DNA from: Candidatus Polarisedimenticolia bacterium | GTDB lineage: Bacteria > Chloroflexota > Limnocylindria > Limnocylindrales > CSP1-4 | Direction: 5' to 3' | Length of the DNA stretch: 53,962 bases | Assembly (NCBI GenBank): GCA_035649355.1 | Contig: DASRJS010000056.1 | Location: 1 to 53,962, forward strand | Shown: one piece after another, positions 34,002 through 41,838 of the stretch | How the letters are laid out: every line of letters starts with the position of its first letter | How positions within the stretch are numbered: the first letter of the stretch is position 1 | The notes under the pieces: generated by a model | Seen by the model: only the letters and a program-made list of their open reading frames with translations | The model's database searches: none | Told to the model about the DNA's origin: nothing | Position numbers and translations under genes: made by a program

Positions 34002-36700
34002 GCGGTCGCCGTCGTTTCATGCTGCGCCGCTGCCCCACCGAGCGCGGTCGCAAGCGCCTCGGGCCGGATCGGCTTGCTGAGGTAGTCGTCCATGCCGGCC
34101 GCGAGGCAGGCTTCGCGATCGCCTTCCATCGCATTCGCGGTCATGGCAATGATCCGCGGCCGATGGGCGGGTCCGGCCGCCCGGATCTGGCGCGTGGCTT
34201 CCAGGCCGTCCATCTCGGGCATCTGGACGTCCATGAGGATCACGTCGTATGGCGTGCGCTCAACCGCGGCGAGGGCCTCCAGTCCATTGACGGCCAGGTC
34301 CGCGCTGAGCCCCATCTTCTCGAGCAGGCGCATCGCCAGCTTCTGGTTCATCGCGTTGTCCTCGGCGAGGAGGATCCTCATCGGCCGACCACCGTTGACG
34401 GCCGCGGCAACCTGACGCCCGTCACCGGCGCTTGCGGCCTTGAGCGTTTCCGCCGCGGCGGCATCCGCGGCGAACGACAGGTCGAAGCGGCTGCCCTCGC
34501 CGGGAATCCCGGCACTCTCCGCCGTGAGCGAGCCGCCCATCAGCTCGGCCAGCCGCCGGCTGATCACGAGGCCGAGCCCGGTTCCGCCATAACGCCGCGC
34601 GATCGACGCGTCGGCCTGGCTGAACGACTGGAACAGGCGGCCCATCCCGCCGGGCGTGATGCCGATGCCGGTGTCCTTCACCGAGATGCTCACCTGCCAG
34701 CGGCCGTCGAGCGGCGTCGCCTCGATCGTCAGATCGATCCGCCCATGCTCCGTGAACTTGAGGGCGTTCGACAGGAGGTTGAGGACGATCTGCCGGATGC
34801 GGCCGGCATCACCGAGGAGCTGCGGCGGAGCCTCGCCGAGCTCGTGGATCTGCAGCTCGAGCCCTTTCGTCGCGGCGTTCGGACGGATCAGGTCAGCAGC
34901 CGCCCGGACGGTTCGACGGAGGTCGAATGGGACCGATTCGAGCTCGAATCGGCCGGCCTCGATCTTCGAGAAGTCGAGGATGTCATTGATGATCGTGAGC
35001 AGCGCCTCGCCCGAGATGCTGATGCTCTCGGCGTAGTCACGCTGCTCCTCGTTCAGTGTCGTGTCGAGGAGCAGGCCGCTCATGCCGATGACCGCGTTCA
35101 TCGGGGTCCGGATCTCGTGGCTCATCGCCGCCAGGAACGCGCTCTTCGCCTGGTTCGCCGAGTCCGCTTCGCGACGCGCGGCCTGCAGCTCCGTGATGTC
35201 GTGGTAGATCGCATAGAAGCCGATGTGCTCGCCGTCCACGATCAGCGGGACCATGACGATCTCGACGTCCATCGCCGATCCTTCCTTGCGCATCCGCTGG
35301 CTGATCAGGTGCGAGCGGCCGGTCTCCGTCGCCGCACGGCTGAGGTCGTGGCCTTCCTGACGAAGCTCGTCCGAGCCGAGGATGAGGTCATCGATCGTCT
35401 TGCCGATCGCCTCCGTCGGCGTGTAGCCGAAGAGCGTCGTCGCGGCCGGATTCCAGGCGGAAACGCGTTCATCGCGGTCCATCGTCACGATCGCGACCGG
35501 GCTGACCTCGACGAGCGCCTCGAAATACTGCTTCTGGCGACTGATCTCGGCCGTCCGCTCGACGACCCGTCGCTCGAGGGTCGCGACGTTCTCGCGCAGC
35601 TCGGCGGTCATGTCGTCGAACGCCGTGGCGAGCACGCCGACCTCGTCGTCCGAGCGGAAGCCTGACGTTGCCTCGAGATCGCCGCCCTGGACGCGGCTCG
35701 CGGTTGCAGCCAGCGACAGGATCGGCCGCGTGACGCGCCGCGCGACGACCCAGATGCCGGCCGCCAGGAGCAGCGCCGATGCGAGCCCCACGATGCCGAT
35801 GACGAGCGCGAGCTGGCGCGCCGAACCGAACGCCTCGTCCTGGCTCATCTCGGCGATCAGCCCGGCGTTCCGGTCCTCGATCCACGAGTAGACCCCGATG
35901 ACGGGCGTGCCGTCCGGGTTCGTGTAGAGGCCGCGGCCGCTCTGACCGGCAACGATCGCGTCCACGGCCGTCGAGTGAAGCGGCCCGGTCACGCCACCGG
36001 TTCCCTGGATGGGCACGCCGTCGGTGCCCACGAGGTAGGCCTGGCCAGTCGCCCCGAGCCCCGTGCGGTCCAGCACGATCCGATCGACCCGCTGGAGGCT
36101 GAGGTGTGCCGCGACGATCGCCACCCGCTGGCCCTTGCCGTCCTGGTCGAAGAGCGGTGTCGCGACAGTGATCGTCGGCCGTCCGGTCAGGCTCGAGCGA
36201 TAGGCGTTCTGGACGTTCGTGTGCGATGAACCGGTGATGAAGAAGTCTTCGTCGGCGAGCGAGAGCCCTTCGTGGTCGGCCAGCGTGGACATGCGGATCG
36301 TGCCGTCGAGGTCGAGGATCAGGATCTCCTCGGCATCGGCCGTCTGCGACACGACGGTCGCGAGGATCTCGCGGAGGCTCGCCTCGGCCGCCGTGCGAGC
36401 CGCGGCGCCGGATGTCGAGTCGAGGAACACGCGGGCGTCATCGCCGACGCCGGGCATGACCCCGACGAACACGACGTTCCGGCTCTGCTCGTCGATCCAG
36501 CGGTCGAGCGCGTCGGCTTTCAGACCGGCGACGGCGTCGAGGCGCTCGTAGACGGACGCCGTGAGGTCACCCGTCGCTCGCCAGTAGACGATGGCGCCGA
36601 CGACAAGAACGGTGATCGTCGAGAGCGCGAGGAAATAGCCGACGAGCCGGGCCCGGAGGCTGCGGCGGAATGGCCCGAGGACCCGGCTCGTGAGGCTCAT
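33998..36700 (-). CDS. Membrane hybrid sensor histidine kinase: TM, Cache-like extracytoplasmic domain, TM, HAMP, PAS, HisKA, HATPase_c, receiver
   Basis: ATG 36700 gives MSLTSRVLGPFRRSLRARLVGYFLALSTITVLVVGAIVYW. A ~255-aa extracytoplasmic region carries a Cache-like YLVGTDG segment. The second TM is LALVIGIVGLASALLLAAGIWVV. HAMP reads RPILSLAATASRVQGGDLE...DEVGVLATAFDDM. The H-box is AMSHEIRTPMN, and the receiver reads ILMDVQMPEMDG...SKP. The tracked start 36847 overlaps the upstream SBP gene and is Arg/Ser-rich. Confidence 0.9.
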   Translation of the reverse strand: MSLTSRVLGPFRRSLRARLVGYFLALSTITVLVVGAIVYWRATGDLTASVYERLDAVAGLKADALDRWIDEQSRNVVFVGVMPGVGDDARVFLDSTSGAAARTAAEASLREILATVVSQTADAEEILILDLDGTIRMSTLADHEGLSLADEDFFITGSSHTNVQNAYRSSLTGRPTITVATPLFDQDGKGQRVAIVAAHLSLQRVDRIVLDRTGLGATGQAYLVGTDGVPIQGTGGVTGPLHSTAVDAIVAGQSGRGLYTNPDGTPVIGVYSWIEDRNAGLIAEMSQDEAFGSARQLALVIGIVGLASALLLAAGIWVVARRVTRPILSLAATASRVQGGDLEATSGFRSDDEVGVLATAFDDMTAELRENVATLERRVVERTAEISRQKQYFEALVEVSPVAIVTMDRDERVSAWNPAATTLFGYTPTEAIGKTIDDLILGSDELRQEGHDLSRAATETGRSHLISQRMRKEGSAMDVEIVMVPLIVDGEHIGFYAIYHDITELQAARREADSANQAKSAFLAAMSHEIRTPMNAVIGMSGLLLDTTLNEEQRDYAESISISGEALLTIINDILDFSKIEAGRFELESVPFDLRRTVRAAADLIRPNAATKGLELQIHELGEAPPQLLGDAGRIRQIVLNLLSNALKFTEHGRIDLTIEATPLDGRWQVSISVKDTGIGITPGGMGRLFQSFSQADASIARRYGGTGLGLVISRRLAELMGGSLTAESAGIPGEGSRFDLSFAADAAAAETLKAASAGDGRQVAAAVNGGRPMRILLAEDNAMNQKLAMRLLEKMGLSADLAVNGLEALAAVERTPYDVILMDVQMPEMDGLEATRQIRAAGPAHRPRIIAMTANAMEGDREACLAAGMDDYLSKPIRPEALATALGGAAAQHETTATA

Positions 36701-36707
36701 CGGCGCT

Positions 36708-37646
36708 CTACGGCACCACCTGCCCGACCGCAGACAGGTCAAACGCTGCGGCCGGCGTCGTGTAGTCCGCGTCGAAGAACTGCAGCGAGAGCGCCTTGAG
36801 CTTGCCGTTCGCGTGGAGATCCTTGACCGCGGCGTCGATCGCCGCAAGGAAGGCCTTCGGCTCGAGCGTCAGGTCGCGATCGACGTAGCCCGTCTTCTGG
36901 GTGAAGTAGGCGACCTCCTCGAGCTCGCGTAGCGGATCGCCGTTCGCGATCGCCGCCCGGCCCACGGTCGCGCTGCACAGGAACGCGTCGATGTCTCCGG
37001 CAACGACGGCCTCGAGGCCCGGCACCTCGGTGTTGAACGTGACGATCACGGGATCGTCGACGAGCCAGACCATGTCGACGCCGGGCAGCTCGAGCTCTCG
37101 CTTGAGGTATGACTCGTGGGTGCAGCCGGCGCAGGACCCGATCTCCTTGCCGCTGAGCTCGGACGGCTTCGTGATCGCCGAATCCTCCCGGACGAAGAAC
37201 GACGCAGGCGTGGAGTAATACGGCTGCGTGACGTACAGCTTCTCCATCCGGCCGACCGTCAGCGCGCCGGACGCCCAGGCGACGTCGTAGCGATCGCCCC
37301 AGCTGCCCGCGATCATCGAATCGAATGGCGTCGCGACGAAGCACGGCTCAACGCCGAGCGCCGCGGCCACGAGCTTGCCGGTCTCCGCGTCGTAGCCCGA
37401 GATCTCCGGCGCCGTCATCTCGTTCGGCGCGCACTTCGAGCCGGCGAGACGCGTTGCACCCTCGACAGCGAACGACTGCGGGGCGTAGTCCGGATCGGTC
37501 CACAGGACAAGCGTCCCGCGCGCCTGGACCTGGGCCAGCTTGTCCGTCGAAGGATTGAGGCTCGGCGACTGCGAGGCGGCCGGGCCCGAGCAGGCCGCGA
37601 TGAGGACCGCGATCGCGGCGCCAGCGACGCGACGAGAGACGTTCAC
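36708..37646 (-). CDS. Family-3 (polar amino acid type) solute-binding lipoprotein, copy B
   Basis: GTG 37646 lies 8 nt after AGGAG. The lipobox signal is VNVSRRVAGAAIAVLIAACSG. The SBP_bac_3-like pattern is GTLVLWTDPDYAPQSF...GYDAETGKLVAAALGVEP. It is clearly paralogous to copy A. The tracked 528-aa ORF extension is rejected. Confidence 0.85.
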   Translation of the reverse strand: MNVSRRVAGAAIAVLIAACSGPAASQSPSLNPSTDKLAQVQARGTLVLWTDPDYAPQSFAVEGATRLAGSKCAPNEMTAPEISGYDAETGKLVAAALGVEPCFVATPFDSMIAGSWGDRYDVAWASGALTVGRMEKLYVTQPYYSTPASFFVREDSAITKPSELSGKEIGSCAGCTHESYLKRELELPGVDMVWLVDDPVIVTFNTEVPGLEAVVAGDIDAFLCSATVGRAAIANGDPLRELEEVAYFTQKTGYVDRDLTLEPKAFLAAIDAAVKDLHANGKLKALSLQFFDADYTTPAAAFDLSAVGQVVP

Positions 37647-37657
37647 GTGATGCACTC

Positions 37658-38638
37658 CTACTCGACGTGCTGTTCGAGCAGGTCGAGATCGAATTCGCCT
37701 GCCGGGGTGGTGTAATCGGTCTTGAACCATTCCATCGAGAGCGCCTTCATTCGGCCGTCCGCGTGCGCCGCCTCGATGATCGCGTTGACGCGGTCGTAGA
37801 ACGCCTTCGTCGATAGCCCCGATCCCTTGTCCACGAAGCCAGTCGGGTACATCGAGAAGGCAGGCTCTTCGAGAATTCGGAGGGCGAGGCCCTGGGCGAT
37901 CGCCTCCTTCGCGACCGGCTCGGCGACGAGGAACGCGTCGATCTTGCCCGCGGCGAGCTCTTCGATGCCCGGAAACTCGGTCTCGTAACCGGCGAGGACC
38001 GGGTCCTTGACCTTCTGGATCAGCTCGACGCCCGGAATCACGAGCGTGCCCTGCAGGTAGGCCTCGACCGTGCAGCTCGTGCACGTCCCGATCGTCTTCC
38101 CGTCCAGATCCGATGGAACCTGCGCCGTCGAGTCCTTCGGGACGAGGAAGACCTGCGGGATGTAGTAGTACGGCTGCGTCATCCAGAGGACTTCCATCCG
38201 CCGGGCGTTGATCGCGCCGGAGGCGTAGGCGATGTCCCAGCGGTCGCCCCAGTTGCCTGCGGTGACCTCGCCGAACGTCGGCGACACGAAGCACGGTTCA
38301 ACGCCGAGCTCCTTCGCGACAAGCTTGTGCGTCTCGATGTCGAAGCCGGTGACCTCGGCCCCGGTCATTTGGTTGCTGAGGCACTTCGTCGGGTTCGTTC
38401 GCGTTGCGCCCTCGACCTTGACCGACTGCGGCGGGTAGTCCAGCTCTGCGTAGCCCACGAGCGTGCCGCGAGCCAGAATCTGGGCAAGCTTGTCGGTCGT
38501 CGGATTGGCACTCGGGGTCGGCGAGGCGCCACCCGGCGTCGCTCCACAGCCGACCAGGATCGCGATGACGGCGGCGAGCGCGCCGAGTCTGCCCACGCGG
38601 CGAGCGCCTCGCGCAGCCCTCCCGTTCGTCCCGTCCAA
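37658..38638 (-). CDS. Family-3 (polar amino acid type) solute-binding lipoprotein, copy A
   Basis: The start is TTG 38638, downstream of GGGAGAGGGAGG. The lipobox signal is LGALAAVIAILVGCG. The pattern is GTLVGYAELDYPPQSV...GFDIETHKLVAKELGVEP...GKIDAFLVAEPVAKEAI. Confidence 0.85.
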   Translation of the reverse strand: MDGTNGRAARGARRVGRLGALAAVIAILVGCGATPGGASPTPSANPTTDKLAQILARGTLVGYAELDYPPQSVKVEGATRTNPTKCLSNQMTGAEVTGFDIETHKLVAKELGVEPCFVSPTFGEVTAGNWGDRWDIAYASGAINARRMEVLWMTQPYYYIPQVFLVPKDSTAQVPSDLDGKTIGTCTSCTVEAYLQGTLVIPGVELIQKVKDPVLAGYETEFPGIEELAAGKIDAFLVAEPVAKEAIAQGLALRILEEPAFSMYPTGFVDKGSGLSTKAFYDRVNAIIEAAHADGRMKALSMEWFKTDYTTPAGEFDLDLLEQHVE

Positions 38639-38658
38639 CTCCGGCCTCCCTCTCCCCG

Positions 38659-40899
38659 CTACGTGCTGACTGAGCCTGGTGACATCGAAAGTGTCAGCGT
38701 GGTCGGATTGTCAGCGGCCGGGACGATGAGCTCGTCGACCGTGCCAACGAAACGAATGGCAGGCTCCGCACCAACGGCGACGTCGATCGCGCCGTTTGTC
38801 GCGGTGGAGCTGCCGTCCGGCGTCACCGCGTGGAGCCACAGCGTCAGCTCTGGGGCCACGGACGGCGGCAGGTCCACCCGCAGGCTCCGCAATCCCGTGG
38901 GCGACGCGACGAGGCCAATGGGTCCACTGAGGGTCCGCTCACCCGCGAAATCCGACGCCCGAATCGCGGTCGGAACCGCCTTGCCGGCGGAAACCACGGA
39001 GACGACGCCCAGCTCCGGCGGACCGGACTCGACGCGATACTCCACGACGGTGCGCGGCGTGAACGCGCCGCGACGCACGCTGACGATCGTGAGGACGACG
39101 ATCGACACGCCGATCCCGATGGCTGCGGCTCTCTCCAGCGGACCCTCCCAGATCCACAGCCCGAAGACGACGACGCCGGCCAGGAAGAGGCCGCCCACGA
39201 CGAGGGCGACGATGGGCCAGCCGATCGGCCCGAGCACCAGCGCCGGGACGCGCTCGCCGCGCCGCCGCGCCGCGACGAGGATGAGCATCGGAAAGACGCC
39301 CCCGAGCAACGGCAGCGTCAGCGCGCCGATGATCGCGAGCGGGTCGGTGAACGAGATTGAGCCGGACGTCAGGAGGACGACCACGATGGCGAAGATCACG
39401 ACGAGCGGAGCGCCCCGGAAGAGAAACTCCGCGAGGTGGCCGCCGCGATGGAGGGCACCGCGCAGCGTCGACGAGGCGTGGGCCAGCTCGCCCATCTGGT
39501 TGTAGATCCCGAACGCGACGTACGTCGAGCCGAGGCCGACCGTCAGCAGGAGGTAGATCGTGCCGATCACGTCTGCCGCGGGACCGGCGCGCTCGGCAAG
39601 CGGCGTCAGTGCGGTGCCCTCGTAGCCGGACAGGGCGTCGCCCCCCACCGCGGTCGTCACCGCGACGACGAACAGCACGTACAGGGCCATCGCGCTGAGC
39701 ATTGCGGCGACGTTGCCGGCGAGGAACTGCCGGCCGCCGGGATCGCGGGTCAGCACGACCTTCGCGGCATGGCCGGCTGAGGTGTGGCCGAAGTAGGCGA
39801 CGAGCGCGACGCCGAAGATCAGCTCGAGGACCGATGCGTTCAGCGCAAGCTCGATCGGCGGGTGGGTGGGGGCGGGGGCCCGGACCGACATCGCGATGAG
39901 CGAGAGCACGATCAGCAGGACCAGGTTGACCAGCCCGATCATGACCGCGAGGGCGACCGTCACGTTGAGCGAGTCACGCCAGATCAGCAGGGCATTGACC
40001 GCAAACAGTGCTGCCGCGCAGGCAACGACCGGAAGGCCCGTCGCCGCCGCGATCGTCGTGCCGAAGCCGACCAGCAGGATGCAGAAGCCAACGGCATCGA
40101 GGGCGAAGAGGGCCGGCATCGCGACGGCGTTTCCAGGTCGGCCGAGGTAGTCGCCGATGAGGCGGCCGAAGAACGCCGTGCCGTAGCGCATGTTCCCGTT
40201 GCGGGTGATCGCTTCGACGAGCGCAGCGATCGTCAGCGTGTTGACGAGGCCGAACACGACGAGCAGCACGGTCGCGCCAACGGGTCCGAAGCCCGCGAAG
40301 GCGATCGGCAGCGCCAGGACACCGCCGCCGACGGTCTCGGTCAGCGTCAGCGCATAGGCGAGCCAGAACGGCGGCAGCGACTCGATCCGCCTCGAGAGCG
40401 ACGCGCGCAGCCAGCGCAGGCGCTCGCGGCGGGGCAGCGGAGCAACCCCGAGATCCGTGATCACCCGGCCCGTCTGTCGTTGAAAGGCATCCATGACCTC
40501 CGGGTCCTCGGCGCCGAGCGCCGCCCGGATCGCGCGCGCCTGCGGCGGCAGGCCGTACTTCTCGTCGATCCGGCCGATGAGCGCCGCCCGCAGGCCGGGG
40601 TCGGGCGGGACGAGGTCGCGCCATTCGCTGGCGTGCCGGTCGATGTCCTGGATCGTGGCCTTCGCCGGCACCGCGCGGCCCTCAGCCAATGCGCCGAGGA
40701 ACAGCTGCTCGCGCTCCGCGACCGTCCGCTCGGTCTCCCAGCGCGCCATCGCCTTGCGGGCGCGGGCCGCCAGCAGTGCGCTCCGATTCTCGATCGCGAA
40801 GAGCAGCGTGCTGGCGCGCCGGGCCGGCATTCCGGCCATGACGCCTTCGCGTGTGAACGCCGGGGGCGGCGAGGGTGGTCGCTCGTCCTCAGGCGGCAT
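38659..40899 (-). CDS. APC-superfamily (amino-acid/auxin- or aromatic-amino-acid-permease-like) membrane protein with a ~170-aa cytoplasmic N-domain and a ~150-aa C-terminal soluble domain
   Basis: It has about 11-12 TM helices. The first carries the permease-type Gly-rich motif TETVGGGVLALPIAFAGFG. The N-terminal region is helical and Arg/Ala-rich. The C-terminal tail after the last TM is beta-rich (TVVEYRVESGPPELGVVSVV...TLTLSMSPGSVST). ATG 40899 overlaps the ParA-like gene by 11 nt. An alternative ATG 40839 has a GAAGG SD-like element. Confidence 0.6.
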   Translation of the reverse strand: MPPEDERPPSPPPAFTREGVMAGMPARRASTLLFAIENRSALLAARARKAMARWETERTVAEREQLFLGALAEGRAVPAKATIQDIDRHASEWRDLVPPDPGLRAALIGRIDEKYGLPPQARAIRAALGAEDPEVMDAFQRQTGRVITDLGVAPLPRRERLRWLRASLSRRIESLPPFWLAYALTLTETVGGGVLALPIAFAGFGPVGATVLLVVFGLVNTLTIAALVEAITRNGNMRYGTAFFGRLIGDYLGRPGNAVAMPALFALDAVGFCILLVGFGTTIAAATGLPVVACAAALFAVNALLIWRDSLNVTVALAVMIGLVNLVLLIVLSLIAMSVRAPAPTHPPIELALNASVLELIFGVALVAYFGHTSAGHAAKVVLTRDPGGRQFLAGNVAAMLSAMALYVLFVVAVTTAVGGDALSGYEGTALTPLAERAGPAADVIGTIYLLLTVGLGSTYVAFGIYNQMGELAHASSTLRGALHRGGHLAEFLFRGAPLVVIFAIVVVLLTSGSISFTDPLAIIGALTLPLLGGVFPMLILVAARRRGERVPALVLGPIGWPIVALVVGGLFLAGVVVFGLWIWEGPLERAAAIGIGVSIVVLTIVSVRRGAFTPRTVVEYRVESGPPELGVVSVVSAGKAVPTAIRASDFAGERTLSGPIGLVASPTGLRSLRVDLPPSVAPELTLWLHAVTPDGSSTATNGAIDVAVGAEPAIRFVGTVDELIVPAADNPTTLTLSMSPGSVST

Positions 40900-41653
40900 C
40901 GTCGACCAGGCTGGTCGCGATCTGGGCGTAGAGGCCGGACAGCTCGTGGTCCGGGTATCGAGCGACGAAGATGCCCTCGCTCGCGAGACGCATCAGCTCG
41001 TCGGAGTGGGGGAGCACGGCCGCCACCGGGCAGCCGTAGGTCTCCGCGACCCGTTTCGCGACCGCGTCGCGATCGAGGCTGTCGGGGCACTTGTTCACGG
41101 CGATCCGGATCCGGGGCACCTGGAGCTCCTGGGCGACGCGCGCGGTGATCCCCGTGCCCTCGTAGTCCTGGCGGTCCGGGCGCATGACGATCAGCAGGCT
41201 GTCGGACAGCACCAGCGAGAGGAGCGTCTCCTCGTTGAGACCCGGGTGGGTGTCGATGAGGAGCACATCCAGCGAAAGCTCATCAACGAGCTGGCGCAGG
41301 CCCTCGGTGAGCCGTTGCGCGTCATAGCCCTCGCGCAGGATTCGGGCGATCTCGCCCGGCTGCATGCTCGACGGGATCAGGTGGATCCGGCCCGGCACGT
41401 CGATCCCGATCCCGCCCGTGACGTCCTGGGCGACCTCGGCGATGGCACGGCCGTGCCACAGGAAGTCGTTCAGCGAGGCGGTGACCTCGTCGCCGGCAAG
41501 CCCGAACAGGACGTGGATGCCGGGCGACTGGATATCCGTGTCGATGACGCCGACGCGCTTCCCGCGTTGGGCGTAGATGACAGCGAGATTCGCCGTGGTG
41601 TTCGACTTTCCGGTTCCACCACGGAACGAGTGGACGCTGAGAATCGTCGCCAC
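40889..41653 (-). CDS. ParA/MinD-family P-loop ATPase
   Basis: The deviant Walker A is ILSVHSFRGGTGKSNTTANLA, with Arg where the signature Lys usually sits. Walker A' reads VGVIDTDIQ and Walker B reads VLLIDTHPG. The length is 254 aa. Confidence 0.85.
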   Translation of the reverse strand: MATILSVHSFRGGTGKSNTTANLAVIYAQRGKRVGVIDTDIQSPGIHVLFGLAGDEVTASLNDFLWHGRAIAEVAQDVTGGIGIDVPGRIHLIPSSMQPGEIARILREGYDAQRLTEGLRQLVDELSLDVLLIDTHPGLNEETLLSLVLSDSLLIVMRPDRQDYEGTGITARVAQELQVPRIRIAVNKCPDSLDRDAVAKRVAETYGCPVAAVLPHSDELMRLASEGIFVARYPDHELSGLYAQIATSLVDDAA

Positions 41654-41838
41654 GGCCCCTCCGGCCCCGCCAGCCCACTCCGCTCGGTCGAATCAACTCG
41701 GCAAGGCCATCGCCGCGCGGACAGAGCGACGAGTGCGGCCGAACCGGTTGCGCACTCGCGCAGTCCCTCGTATGCGCGAACCTCTCGGCTCCGGCGGGCA
41801 GCATCATACGTGACGCATCAGCGTCGGCGGCCGAAAAC

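Noticed and set aside
31604-35665. Very long shadow ORFs inside the two kinase genes: 31604-33058(-), 31789-33708(-), 32454-33740(+), 34019-35665(+).
   Set aside because: The reasoning is the same. The kinase frames carry unambiguous GAF/PAS/H-box/ATPase/receiver motifs. The alternatives are low-complexity Arg/Asp/Pro-rich sequence, some of it repeating only because the underlying GAF DNA is duplicated.
36701-38294. Extended versions of the tracked ORFs 36708-38294 (528 aa) and 33998-36847 (949 aa). Similar 5' extensions occur at 10387, 17213, 24362, 43846, 50809 and 13978.
   Set aside because: The extensions overlap upstream genes in other frames and look like shadow sequence. Internal starts give proper signal peptides, TM helices or SD motifs: GTG 37646, ATG 36700, ATG 10573, ATG 17282, GTG 24647, ATG 43711, ATG 50914 and ATG 13603.
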